Shown one piece after another: positions 26,353 through 36,128 of a DNA stretch of 64,000 bases. The position numbers and the translations under genes are program-made. Position 1 is the first letter of the stretch. Each line of letters starts with the position of its first letter. The notes under the pieces were generated by a model. That model saw nothing but the letters and a program-made list of their open reading frames with translations. It was not told where the DNA came from and searched no databases. This stretch comes from an uncultured delta proteobacterium. GTDB taxonomy: Bacteria > Myxococcota_A > Polyangia > Haliangiales > Haliangiaceae. Where the stretch lies: assembly GCA_963848295.1 (NCBI GenBank), contig CAWKDB010000010.1, positions 3,936,001 to 4,000,000 of the forward strand, given 5' to 3'.

Positions 26353-26823
26353 ATGGCGAAGAAGTCGACCGTGGTCGCGCTCGTAGCGGTGGGCATCCTC
26401 GTGGCCGCTGGCGGCATCGTCGCGTTCGTGCTCGCGATCAAAGGCGCGATCACCAACGAGGTGCACGGCACGGTGACCGCGCACGGCAAACAGGTCGGCA
26501 ATTGGACGATGACGCCCGATGTCTGTGTGTCCGGCGAGCGCAACCAGTTTCACGGCGCGCAGTTCTTCGTCGACGGCAATGACGTGCTCGGCATCTCGTT
26601 CATCCAGCCGATCGGCCAAGACCCGGCGCTCACGGTCAACCTGCCGGGGAAGCATCAGGCGGCGCGGTTCGGACCGGCCGACTGCAAGACACTGTCAGGC
26701 CACGTCGAGCGCCAGAACAGCATGGTCAACCGGATCACGAATGTTCGCGGGTCGGTAACGTTCGATTGCGGGGCGGCGGACGACCGGGTCTCGGGCGAGC
26801 TGACGTTCTCGAACTGCCACTGA
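26353..26823 (+). CDS. Hypothetical membrane-anchored protein
   Basis: N-terminal TM helix, Cys pairs, starts 2 bp after the peptidase stop. Confidence 0.7.
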   Translation: MAKKSTVVALVAVGILVAAGGIVAFVLAIKGAITNEVHGTVTAHGKQVGNWTMTPDVCVSGERNQFHGAQFFVDGNDVLGISFIQPIGQDPALTVNLPGKHQAARFGPADCKTLSGHVERQNSMVNRITNVRGSVTFDCGAADDRVSGELTFSNCH

Positions 26824-26860
26824 GCGCCCACTGTCAGGACGATCTGGTAGATCCGTTACG

Positions 26861-27538
26861 TTGCGCGAAGACCTACAGCGATTTCTCGCGAACGCACGGG
26901 GCACCGGCGCGGCGTCGGTCCGCACGCTCGACGAGCTCCGCGCACCCGAGCAACTCGAAGCGCGGTGGGGGCTCGCGGCGTTGCGCGGCCGCTTGGTCGA
27001 GCTCTCGGCGCGCGGCGCGGTGGCAACGCTGACTGCAGCGATCGAGCTCGTCGTCGAAGCGCAAACCGAGAGCGAGCCGGTCGCGTGGATCACGCTCGCC
27101 GCCGGCACGTTCTATCCACCTGATGTCGCCGATAGCGGCGTCGATCTCGCAGCGCTCGTGGTTGTCCGGGTTCCGGACGCTGCCGCCGCGGCGCGGTCGG
27201 CCGAGAAGCTGCTGCGCTCCGGCGCGTTCGGCATGGTCGCGATCGATCTCGGTGGCTCGCCGCGCGCCGATGGTCGGGGCGGTTACAACGATATCTCGAT
27301 GGCGATGCAAGGTCGGCTCGTGACGCTCGCGCAAGCTCACGACGCTGCGGTCGTGTGCATCACGCAGAAATCCGATGACGCTGCGTCGCTCGGATCGCTC
27401 GTGTCGCTGCGCGCCGAAGCGCTGCGCATTCGCGGCCCTGCGAGCTTCTCGATCACCGTGCGCGCGCTCAAAGACAAGCGGCGCGGGCCGGGTTGGACTC
27501 ACAGCGCGAAGCGCAACGGCCCGGCCGGTTTGCTGTAG
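26861..27538 (+). CDS. imuA: ImuA / RecA-like inactive ATPase
   Basis: GRLVELS with degenerate Walker A, VAWI, FYPPD..GVDL, LLRSGAFG.V.IDL; imuB and dnaE2 follow. Start uncertain. Confidence 0.8.
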   Translation: MREDLQRFLANARGTGAASVRTLDELRAPEQLEARWGLAALRGRLVELSARGAVATLTAAIELVVEAQTESEPVAWITLAAGTFYPPDVADSGVDLAALVVVRVPDAAAAARSAEKLLRSGAFGMVAIDLGGSPRADGRGGYNDISMAMQGRLVTLAQAHDAAVVCITQKSDDAASLGSLVSLRAEALRIRGPASFSITVRALKDKRRGPGWTHSAKRNGPAGLL

Positions 27539-27646
27539 AGATCAGCGCATCTAGCTCCCCGCGTGGTCGCCGGAATCAACGCGAGACCGAGTTGTTCTCG
27601 TCACGACGGTTGCGCTGACAGAGGCAACGCATAGGATGTGGGCCGG

Positions 27647-29122
27647 ATGAGCTCGCTGCTTTCCGCTCCTCAGCAGCTACGCCTGGAATTTCCTGGCGTA
27701 ACGACGCGTGCACAGAAGAGTGCGCTCGGTCAGTTCATGACGCCTGTGCCGGTCGCACGGTTCATGTCCTCGCTCTTTCGTCCGAACAAAGGTTCTTGCC
27801 GCGTGCTCGAACCAGGAGCCGGGTTTGGTGCACTTGCGAAGGCGATGTTGGAACGCTGGGCGCGTGGCGAGTTGGGGCGTGGACGCATCGAGCTAGTGGC
27901 TCACGAAGTGGACGATCGGCTACTCCCTATTCTGGAGAATGTCCTCGCGCCGTTCGCACATGCCGGCGCACGAGTTCGGATCGTGGCAGGCGACTACCTC
28001 GCCCACGCTGCCGATGCGGTCGAGGTTGGTGCACCAACGTTCACGCACGCAATCCTCAATCCGCCATATAAGAAGATCGGCTCGTCGTCCGATGCGCGAC
28101 ATACATGTCGGCGCGTTGGGTTGGAGACCGTCAACCTCTACTCGGCCTTCGTGGGCCTCGCGCTGAGTCAGCTCGCCCCGAGAGGACAGCTCGTTGCGAT
28201 CGTCCCGCGTAGCTTCTGCAATGGCCCGTACTACAAACCGTTCCGCCACTTCGTGTTAACGCGAGCTGCGATCCATCAGATCCATTTGTTTGACAGCCGA
28301 GACAAGGCGTTCAGCGACGACGACGTCTTGCAGGAGAACGTCATCATTCTGCTCGAACGCGGTGGCGTACAGGGCAGCGTTCGGATCTCGACATCGACCG
28401 ACGGCCTGTTCTCGGACCTGCGCGAACGCGTCGTTCCGTTTAGCGACGTGATCAAGCCGGACGACACCGATGCGTTCATACACATCCCGGCGACCGACGA
28501 CATCGATCATCTAGGGACCGCGAGCAAGATCCAGCACGGTCTGGAGGATCTCGGCATCGCCGTGTCGACCGGACCTGTCGTTGATTTTCGAATGCGCGAG
28601 CACTTGGTGGCGATGCCGCGAAAGGGCACCGTGCCGTTGCTCTATCCCGCTCATGTCTCGGGTCGAGACACCACATGGCCGATTGAAGGACTCAAGAAAG
28701 CGAACGCCATCGCACGCAATGAGGTGACCGAGCGTTGGCTGTTTCCGCCTGGTGCGTACACCGTCGTGCGCCGCTTCTCGTCCAAGGAAGAACGGCGTCG
28801 CGTCGTCGCTTCGATCGTGCTCCCTGACGCGCTCGCACAGTGCAAGGCGATCGGCTTCGAGAATCATCTTAACGTCTTTCACCAGAACAAGAGCGGCCTA
28901 CCAGTTCATCTGGCGTGGGGACTGCTCGCGTACCTGAACTGCTCGGCGGTAGACGCTCACTTCAGGCGGTTCAATGGTCATACGCAGGTCAACGCGACCG
29001 ATCTGCGTGCCCTCCGGTACCCGAACCTCGACGCACTGACCGCTCTCGGGAAGTGGGCCGCATCTGCCAAGTCGCTCGAACAAAGCGACATCGACCGCCA
29101 GATGACGAGCCTATTAAGGTGA
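27647..29122 (+). CDS. N6-adenine DNA methyltransferase (BsuBI/PstI-like, gamma class)
   Basis: LGQFMTP, VLEPGAGFG (motif I), ILNPPY (motif IV), FNGHTQVNATDL. Confidence 0.92.
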   Translation: MSSLLSAPQQLRLEFPGVTTRAQKSALGQFMTPVPVARFMSSLFRPNKGSCRVLEPGAGFGALAKAMLERWARGELGRGRIELVAHEVDDRLLPILENVLAPFAHAGARVRIVAGDYLAHAADAVEVGAPTFTHAILNPPYKKIGSSSDARHTCRRVGLETVNLYSAFVGLALSQLAPRGQLVAIVPRSFCNGPYYKPFRHFVLTRAAIHQIHLFDSRDKAFSDDDVLQENVIILLERGGVQGSVRISTSTDGLFSDLRERVVPFSDVIKPDDTDAFIHIPATDDIDHLGTASKIQHGLEDLGIAVSTGPVVDFRMREHLVAMPRKGTVPLLYPAHVSGRDTTWPIEGLKKANAIARNEVTERWLFPPGAYTVVRRFSSKEERRRVVASIVLPDALAQCKAIGFENHLNVFHQNKSGLPVHLAWGLLAYLNCSAVDAHFRRFNGHTQVNATDLRALRYPNLDALTALGKWAASAKSLEQSDIDRQMTSLLR

Positions 29123-30075
29123 GTACTCGTGCCGACGAGGCGATGGAGATCCTCGTCGCGTTGGGGTTGCCACGCGCGCAGCTCAACGAGCGTTCGGCGC
29201 TTTGCCTCTTGGCACTCGCGGACATCAAGCCCCGCACGCGTTGGGCGAAGGCGTCGAATCCGCTGATGGGGATAACGCCGATCATGGACTGGATCCGCGA
29301 GCACTACGGCAAGGACTACAAGCCGAACACCCGCGAGACCATCCGTCGCAAGACGATGCACCAGTTTGTCGCGGCAGGCCTGGTGATCTACAACCCGGAC
29401 GATCCAACGCGCGCGGTGAACAGTCCAAAGGCCGTCTATCAGGCGGAACCCACGACGCTCGAGCTCCTGCGACAGTTTGGAGCTCGTTCGTGGACGAAGA
29501 GTCTTCACGACTACACTCGGAACAGACCGTCATTGAGCGAGGTGTACGCGAAGCGGCGCAGCCTGAATCAAATCCCGATTCGACTGGAAGATGGCGCCAC
29601 GATCAAGCTCACTCCGGGTGCTCATAGCGCGTTGATCAAGACGATCATCAACCAGTTCGCGCCGCGTTTCGCGCCGGGATCTGAGCTTATCTACGCTGGA
29701 GACACCGGGAAGAAGTGGGGCTACTTCGACGAAGCCAAGCTGAAGTCGTTGGGGGTTAACGTCGATAGTCACGGCAAGATGCCCGACGTCGTGCTGTTCG
29801 ATCGTAAGCGCGGATGGCTGTTGCTTGTCGAAGCCGTCACGAGTCATGGACCGGTCGACGGAAAACGGCACGAAGAGTTGGCCTCATTATTCAGCGCAGC
29901 GACCGCCGGACTCGTCTACGTGACGGCGTTCCCTTCGCGCTCGGTTATGGCGAAGTACCTGACCGAGATCGCCTGGGAGACCGAGGTGTGGACCTGCGAG
30001 GCGCCGGACCATCTGATCCACTTCAACGGTGAGCGGTTCCTCGGCCCATATAGGGCATCGCAGCGAAGCACCTAG
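29119..30075 (+). CDS. BsuBI/PstI-family type II restriction endonuclease
   Basis: PNTRETIR..TMHQF, NSPK, G.HS.L, HGKMPDVV, EAVTSHGP, IAWETEVW, HLIHFNG. GTG start overlaps the MTase stop. Confidence 0.92.
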   Translation: MSTRADEAMEILVALGLPRAQLNERSALCLLALADIKPRTRWAKASNPLMGITPIMDWIREHYGKDYKPNTRETIRRKTMHQFVAAGLVIYNPDDPTRAVNSPKAVYQAEPTTLELLRQFGARSWTKSLHDYTRNRPSLSEVYAKRRSLNQIPIRLEDGATIKLTPGAHSALIKTIINQFAPRFAPGSELIYAGDTGKKWGYFDEAKLKSLGVNVDSHGKMPDVVLFDRKRGWLLLVEAVTSHGPVDGKRHEELASLFSAATAGLVYVTAFPSRSVMAKYLTEIAWETEVWTCEAPDHLIHFNGERFLGPYRASQRST

Positions 30076-30084
30076 CTTCGTCGC

Positions 30085-30867
30085 CTAGCGCGGCGGCGTC
30101 GTGAACGGCGGCTGGCTCTCGATCACCGCGACGTCTTCGGCTGCAAAGTAGCGCGCGGTGAGATCGTGCAGGAACTGCCGCGTGTAGACCTCGGCGCGCG
30201 GCGTCTCGACGAGGTTCGCGATCACGTCGGCGACCTCTTCGACCGGCTGCGCGTTCTGAATCCGCCGCGAATCGACCCCGCCGTACAGCGCGTTCGCGCC
30301 GAAGTCGGTCGCGACGACGCCGGGGATCACGGTCGAGCAATGGATGTCGGGATACTCGGCGCGCAGCTCGAGTCGCAGGCTCGCCATCAGCAAGTTGACC
30401 GCGGCTTTCGATGCGCTGTACGCGCTGCGGAACGCCGCGAGCGGCAATCGGCTAAGCCCCGATGACACGGCGATGATGTGGCCGCGCTTGCGCTCGCGAA
30501 AGTGCGCGAGCGACGACTGGATCGAGTACAGCACCGACTTGAGGTTGACGGTCATCATGTCGTCGAGGTCGGCGTCGGTGAGCTGACTGACCGGCCGCGA
30601 GATGCCGCGCCCGGCGTTGGCGACCCACACGTCGATGTGACCGAACTTCGCGATCGCGCGATCGCGCAGCTCGTCGTGGTCGGAGCGCTTCGTGACATCG
30701 GTGACGACCGCGAACGCGTTGCCACCGAGCTTGCCGACCAGCGCATCGAGCTCGGGCTTGCGGCGCGCCGCGACCACGACCTTCGCTCCCCGCGCGACGG
30801 CGGTCGTGGCGAGCGCGGCACCGATGCCCGCCGAGCCACCGGTGATGACGATGACCATGTCTTTCAT
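30085..30867 (-). CDS. Short-chain dehydrogenase/reductase
   Basis: TGGSAGIG, NAG, YSASK. Confidence 0.93.
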   Translation of the reverse strand: MKDMVIVITGGSAGIGAALATTAVARGAKVVVAARRKPELDALVGKLGGNAFAVVTDVTKRSDHDELRDRAIAKFGHIDVWVANAGRGISRPVSQLTDADLDDMMTVNLKSVLYSIQSSLAHFRERKRGHIIAVSSGLSRLPLAAFRSAYSASKAAVNLLMASLRLELRAEYPDIHCSTVIPGVVATDFGANALYGGVDSRRIQNAQPVEEVADVIANLVETPRAEVYTRQFLHDLTARYFAAEDVAVIESQPPFTTPPR

Positions 30868-30882
30868 GCGCGCAAGATACGC

Positions 30883-31953
30883 CTACTTCGTAGCTTTGCC
30901 ACCGGCACCCGCGGCGCCGCCTGCCGTGCGCGGTATCGCGTTGTACAGGCCATTGAGGACTCCCGGCGGGAACAAGAACTGCGGGACCTTCGAGAAGTCG
31001 CCGAGCAAGATCGTCGTGCCCGAGCCGCCGAGCTGACCAAGCGCCTCGTAGGCCTTCATCTGCACGCTGAGCGGTGAGATCGCTTGGGTCTGCGCGCGGT
31101 TCTCGTCGGCGTGCGCCTTCGCGAGGATCGTGATCGCCTCTGCCTCGGCGTGGGCCTTCGCGACCGTGCCCGCGGCCTTCGCCTTCTCGAGCAACGCGTC
31201 TTCTTCGGCGATCGCGCGCTCGTTCTTCTTTTCTTCGAGCTCCTTCTTCATCCGGAGCTCCTCGGCTTCAGCTTCGTTCTGGATCTGCAGCTGTCGGCTC
31301 GCTGCTTCTTGCTCGGCGGCGAGCTTCTTGCGGAGCGCGTCGTTCTCCATCGCAGCCTTCTGACGGATCGCCTCCTGCTCGGCGACGAGCCGCTGCTCGT
31401 TCGCCTCGAGGATCGCCGGTGCGTAGTGGATCGACTCGATCGTAATGGATTCGATCGCGACGTGCTTGCCCTTCGTGCGGCGGCGCACGTCGGCTTCGAT
31501 CTCGTTCTCGATCGCTTCCTTCGACGCGTGGATCTCTTGGTACATGTGATGCGCGAACACGCCGCTCGCCGCGCTGCGGAACTCCGGGCCGATGACCTCG
31601 TCGAAGTAGTTCGCGCCGCCGATCTCGGTCTGCAGCTCGTAGAGCTCCGAGATGATCGGCTTGTAGATCACGCTGAGCTCGAGATCGAGCGCGAGGTGAT
31701 CCTGCGACGTCGTGTGCAGCTCGGCGTGTTTGGTCGAGAACGTGACGTCGAAGTCTTCGATCCCGCCGCAATCGTGCAAGAAACAGAAGATGCCGAGCTG
31801 ATGCTTGCCCTCGGACAAGATCTCGCGCTGTAACCCGCCGTGCGGCTCGAAGCGCAAGCCGCGATGGCCAGATGCGATGGTTTGGTACGCGCACGCCGGG
31901 ATCACGGCGACCGCGAGCGGCAAGATATAGGCGAGACGGACGGATCGAAACAT
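30883..31953 (-). CDS. SPFH/prohibitin-family lipoprotein
   Basis: SGHRGLRF, TSQD.L, EVIGPEFRS, followed by a coiled coil. Confidence 0.85.
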   Translation of the reverse strand: MFRSVRLAYILPLAVAVIPACAYQTIASGHRGLRFEPHGGLQREILSEGKHQLGIFCFLHDCGGIEDFDVTFSTKHAELHTTSQDHLALDLELSVIYKPIISELYELQTEIGGANYFDEVIGPEFRSAASGVFAHHMYQEIHASKEAIENEIEADVRRRTKGKHVAIESITIESIHYAPAILEANEQRLVAEQEAIRQKAAMENDALRKKLAAEQEAASRQLQIQNEAEAEELRMKKELEEKKNERAIAEEDALLEKAKAAGTVAKAHAEAEAITILAKAHADENRAQTQAISPLSVQMKAYEALGQLGGSGTTILLGDFSKVPQFLFPPGVLNGLYNAIPRTAGGAAGAGGKATK

Positions 31954-31975
31954 AGCGAGCTCCTTTAGTCGTGAG

Positions 31976-32470
31976 TTAGGGCCGCAGGCCCTCGAGCCAA
32001 CCGCTGAGGTCGTGACCGAGATGCGTCATGCACGTCCAGATCACGCGAGCGCCCGACTCGGGATCGACGATCGCGCCCTCGCGACAGACGGCTTCGGTCT
32101 GCGCGATGAATGCGTTGCCGCTGTTGCTGCGCAACGTGGCTCGCACGACGAGCGATGCCGACAGGCGCGAGTGGCGATACCGCGCGTCGCCGGCGATCAG
32201 CTCGACGGTGAGCACGCTGTCGTGGCGCGGCTTGACGACGCGCAAGATCGCTTGGGTCAGCGCGGTCGCGAGATCGGAGTACTCGACGTCGGCACCGGAT
32301 ACCGGCAGCGGATCGCGAATCCCCGCGACGTGCGCGGTCACCGCGAAGCTCGGATCGGTCGCCGCGGTCGAGCTCGCGTTCCCCGCGCCATCGGGGACGA
32401 CGCGGACCAGCTTGCCTCCGCACGCACTGCACGCGACCGCGAGAACAATGATGGCAACCCTCGGCATCAC
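31976..32470 (-). CDS. Hypothetical lipoprotein
   Basis: Signal/lipobox LAVAC; co-oriented with the SPFH gene. Confidence 0.7.
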   Translation of the reverse strand: MMPRVAIIVLAVACSACGGKLVRVVPDGAGNASSTAATDPSFAVTAHVAGIRDPLPVSGADVEYSDLATALTQAILRVVKPRHDSVLTVELIAGDARYRHSRLSASLVVRATLRSNSGNAFIAQTEAVCREGAIVDPESGARVIWTCMTHLGHDLSGWLEGLRP

Positions 32471-32689
32471 GCTCTCAGTTACCAGCGGCGCCGTAGTCGA
32501 TCGTATGAAGCTTGCGTTGCCGAGCCGCGCCCAGCGTGAAGGTTGTGTTAGGGGCCGTGCCCTTCCTACGTCGCCCGCGAGGTCGCGACAGCGATGTCGT
32601 GAAACCTGGTCGGCGCGCCGGCACAGCTCGCGTAACGCCGCGCCGCACCGATCGACGCGCTCGGCACAGTCGATGAACTAGTCGCGGGC

Positions 32690-33088
32690 ATGTCGAAGTT
32701 ATCCTTGCTGGCTGTTGTTGCCCTCGCGGTTCCGTTCACATCGGGTTGCGGTGGTTGTCCGTGGACCAAGCTGAGCGACCTCGCGATCACGCCCGAGACG
32801 CCGTGCCTCGATCTCCAGCTCGCGAGCTCGTCGGGCAACGCGCCGAGCACCGGGTGCGTCGACCCGGTGGTGTACGGTCAGAACAACTGCACCGACGCGC
32901 TCGTCGTGCCGGCGCAGTTCACGACCACCGGCGTCGACCAGACGTTCCAACCGGGCGACAACATCGTGCTCGAGGTCCCGCTCGAGAGCTCGACGCCAGA
33001 TCATGGCGATGACTTCGCGATCGCCGCGATGCTCGGCGCCGATCCCGTCACGATCAGCTTTCACGCGAGCGGCGGCATTGATAACTAG
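32690..33088 (+). CDS. Hypothetical Cys-containing lipoprotein
   Basis: Signal peptide ending SGC; host-like codon usage. Confidence 0.7.
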   Translation: MSKLSLLAVVALAVPFTSGCGGCPWTKLSDLAITPETPCLDLQLASSSGNAPSTGCVDPVVYGQNNCTDALVVPAQFTTTGVDQTFQPGDNIVLEVPLESSTPDHGDDFAIAAMLGADPVTISFHASGGIDN

Positions 33089-33093
33089 CGCGA

Positions 33094-33109
33094 CTGAACA
33101 TTGGTACAG
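33094..33109. promoter_or_regulatory. Putative LexA (SOS) box upstream of imuB
   Basis: CTGAACATTGGTACAG; imperfect palindrome, 14/16 identical to the site before dnaE2. Confidence 0.8.
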
Positions 33110-33127
33110 TATCATCGTTCTTGTTCG

Positions 33128-34633
33128 ATGAGGGTCGCGTGTCTCGATCTTCCGGCATTCCCGCTCCAGCTCGCGTGGCGAAAGGAGCCCGAGCTGCGCG
33201 GGCATCCGGTCGTCGTGATCGACGACGATCGACCGCAAGGCACGGTGTTGTGGGCGTGCGAACGCGCGCGTGCCGCGGCGGTATTGCCGGGTCAGCGCTA
33301 CGCGCACGCGCTCGGATTGTGTCGCGAGCTCCGTGCGCGGGTCGTGCCCGAAGAAGCGATCGCGGCGGCGACCGACGAGCTCGCCGGTGCGCTGCACGTG
33401 CTGTCGCCGCGAGTCGAGCCCGGGCCACCCGGAACGTTCTGGCTCGATGGCGATGGTCTCTCGCGCGTGTTCGCGAGTGCGACGGCATGGGGCGAAGCGA
33501 TCCGCGCGGCGATCGGCGAACGCGAGCTCGCGGGCGCGGTTGTCGTCGGGTTCTCGCGGTTCGCGACGTACGCGATCGCGCGTGCCATGAGCGGAGCTGT
33601 CCACGATGGCTTGCGGGTGCTGCGCGCCGATGCCGATGAACGCGCGCTGGCGTCGGCGGTGCCGCTCGCTCGGCTCGAGATCGATCCGAAGTTGCGCGAT
33701 GCGCTCGGCCGGCTCGGCGTCGCGACGCTCGGTCAGCTCGTGCGCTTGCCGGGCGGCGGGATCCTCGAGCGGTTCGGCCGCGACGCGCATCGGCTGTATC
33801 AGCTCGCGGCGGGTGAGCGCTGGGATCCGATCGTGCCGTCGCCACCGCCGGAAGCGCCGGACGAGCGCGTCGTGCTCGACGACGATCTCGAGAATGTCGA
33901 GCAGCTCGTGTTCGTGCTCAAGCACGCGATCGATCGGCTGCTCGATCGGCTCGCCGCGCGCGGGCGCGCGTTGGTCGCGTTGCACGTCGAGCTGACGCTG
34001 CGGTTCGCCGTCGGTCGCACCGAGCTCCGCGCCGATTGCATCAAGCCGGCCGGGCCGACCCTCGACGGGCGCTCGCTACTTCGACTGGTCCACCTGCGGA
34101 TGACCGGGATGCCGCCGGTCGCACCGGTCAACGCCGCGCGGGTGTGGGCCGAAGACACGCCGGCGACCCGAGAGCAGCTCGCGTTGTTTGCACAGAAGCC
34201 ACGTCGCGATCTGCGCGCCGCCGATGAAGCGATCGCGAGGTTGCGCGCCGAGCTCGGCGACGACGCGGTCGTTCACGCCGTGCTGCGCGAAGGTCATCTG
34301 CCCGAAGCGAGCTTCGCCTGGCAACGCCTCGGTCGCGTCGCGCACGCCGAACCGCAGCCGAAGCTGATCCAGCCGCTCGTCCGCCGGATGAACACGACGC
34401 CGCAACAGCTACCACCGCAAGCGCGTCAGGTCCGCGACGATGGTTGGTTACTATCGGGGCTCGAGCACGGCGCGGTCGTGCGGATCGTCGGGCCGTACGT
34501 CGTGTCCGGTGGATGGTGGGCACACGAGCAGCACCGCGAGTATCACTTCGCCGAGCTGCGCCACGGCGATTGCTTGTGGGTCTACTACGATCGGCAGCGG
34601 CGGCGTTGGTTCTGGCAGGGCGCGGTCGAGTAA
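33128..34633 (+). CDS. imuB: ImuB (inactive Y-family polymerase)
   Basis: RVAC.DLP.FPLQ, SPRVE, FWLD..GL, QLALF clamp-binding motif, C-terminal GPY.VSGGWW..REY. Confidence 0.9.
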   Translation: MRVACLDLPAFPLQLAWRKEPELRGHPVVVIDDDRPQGTVLWACERARAAAVLPGQRYAHALGLCRELRARVVPEEAIAAATDELAGALHVLSPRVEPGPPGTFWLDGDGLSRVFASATAWGEAIRAAIGERELAGAVVVGFSRFATYAIARAMSGAVHDGLRVLRADADERALASAVPLARLEIDPKLRDALGRLGVATLGQLVRLPGGGILERFGRDAHRLYQLAAGERWDPIVPSPPPEAPDERVVLDDDLENVEQLVFVLKHAIDRLLDRLAARGRALVALHVELTLRFAVGRTELRADCIKPAGPTLDGRSLLRLVHLRMTGMPPVAPVNAARVWAEDTPATREQLALFAQKPRRDLRAADEAIARLRAELGDDAVVHAVLREGHLPEASFAWQRLGRVAHAEPQPKLIQPLVRRMNTTPQQLPPQARQVRDDGWLLSGLEHGAVVRIVGPYVVSGGWWAHEQHREYHFAELRHGDCLWVYYDRQRRRWFWQGAVE

Positions 34634-34642
34634 CATCGCAGG

Positions 34643-35461
34643 GTGACCGACAAGACCTATGGTACGGCCGATCACGATGCGCCGGTCACTCGCTCCGAGC
34701 TCGAGCGCGCGGTGCGTTCGCTCAACCTCAGCGATCTCGAGTTGCGCGATGCGGTGTTGCAGCTCGCGGCGCGCGTCGTCGCGTTGACCGACGAAGTGAC
34801 GCGCCGGATCGACGGCGTCGAGCCCGAGCCCGCGCCACCGGGCACGCCCGCAGCGCGCGGCGAAGGCACGATCGAGCAGCGCGTGGTCGCCGCGCTGCCC
34901 GAGACGCTCGCGGCGATCCGCACAGGCGATGCCGGCCAGCCGACGCGCGTCTCGCTCGATCTCGGCCCCGATAAGTACACGGTGACGCCCTCGACGCCAC
35001 CGTGCGACGAGCTCATCCCGCTGTGCAAGGCGCGCTGTTGCCGCCTGACGTTCTCGCTCTCGACCGCGGATCTCGACGAGGGCGTCGTGCGCTGGGACAT
35101 CGGCCAGCCGTATCTGATCCGGCAGCGCGCGAGCGATGGCTACTGCGTGCACAACGATCCCGATTCGCGCGGCTGCACGGTGCACGCTCAAAGGCCGCGT
35201 GTCTGTCGCGTCTACGACTGCCGCAAGGACTCGCGGGTGTGGACCGACTACGACAACCGTGTCCCGGCGCCTCACTTCGAGGGCGCCTTCGATGACCGGC
35301 CGTACAGCGATACCGTCGATCTCGTCGCGCGCTCGCGCGCGCGCGCGAAGGCGTTGCTCGACGAGAAGCACGCGATCAACGAGTCCTATGCCGACGACAA
35401 GCCCGCGATCGGTCCGGTCGTCACTCCGCGTATGCCCACGTCACCGCGGTCGAAGGCGTGA
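34643..35461 (+). CDS. YkgJ-family Cys-cluster (CxxCxxCC) protein
   Basis: C...IPLCKARCC, GYCVH, CTVH..RP.VCR.YDC. Confidence 0.8.
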   Translation: MTDKTYGTADHDAPVTRSELERAVRSLNLSDLELRDAVLQLAARVVALTDEVTRRIDGVEPEPAPPGTPAARGEGTIEQRVVAALPETLAAIRTGDAGQPTRVSLDLGPDKYTVTPSTPPCDELIPLCKARCCRLTFSLSTADLDEGVVRWDIGQPYLIRQRASDGYCVHNDPDSRGCTVHAQRPRVCRVYDCRKDSRVWTDYDNRVPAPHFEGAFDDRPYSDTVDLVARSRARAKALLDEKHAINESYADDKPAIGPVVTPRMPTSPRSKA

Positions 35462-35501
35462 CGTGGAACAACCTCGACTAGCGCCGCGTTAGCTCCTGAC
35501 C

Positions 35502-36128
35502 ATGCGCACGGTGACGATGCTCGTGTTGTGCGCCGCGACCACGACCCGGGCCGCGCCGTCGATCGCGCCGCAATACGCGTCGCTGTTCGACAAGGGCCGG
35601 AGCTGGACGTACGCGGTCACGACCACCGCCTTCGATCATGTCGATCCGAAACACGACAACATCCTGCTGCCCGAGAAGAATCCGCCGCACAGCTCGGTCA
35701 CGTGTCGAGTCACCCACGTCGTCACGTTCAAGACCGCGACGGTCTCGAGGATCGAGTGCGACAAACAGATCGATGACGATTATCTGGTCCGAGTCGACGG
35801 CGAGTGGGTCGCGACCAAGGAGGGCCTCAGCCGAGGCGTCGACGTCGATCTACCGAAGACCGAAGCCGAGCTCTCGATCGGAGTGAAGGTGATCGCGATG
35901 AGCCCGAGTGTCGCTCGCAAGACGACCAAGACATTCAACGGCCCGGTCGTGACCGCGGTGACGAATCCTGCGCGCGGCACGTGGTGCACGACGACCGATT
36001 CGAGGGGCCAGGGCGATGGTGCGATCGAGACGCTGTGCTTTGCCGCGGGCGTCGGCATCACGCACGGCAAGCTCGACTACTACGGCGGCTGGCCGCGGAG
36101 TGTCGAGTACACCGTGGCGAAACCCTAG
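35502..36128 (+). CDS. Hypothetical secreted protein
   Basis: N-terminal hydrophobic stretch, beta-rich, coding-like codon bias. Confidence 0.65.
   Translation: MRTVTMLVLCAATTTRAAPSIAPQYASLFDKGRSWTYAVTTTAFDHVDPKHDNILLPEKNPPHSSVTCRVTHVVTFKTATVSRIECDKQIDDDYLVRVDGEWVATKEGLSRGVDVDLPKTEAELSIGVKVIAMSPSVARKTTKTFNGPVVTAVTNPARGTWCTTTDSRGQGDGAIETLCFAAGVGITHGKLDYYGGWPRSVEYTVAKP

Noticed and set aside
26824..26860. LexA box upstream of imuA
   Set aside because: No match to CTGAAC-N4-GTACAG found.
27543..30079. Direct repeats (GCAYCTAGCT) as attachment sites of the R-M island
   Set aside because: Only ~9 of 10 bp match and there is no integrase; too weak to call.
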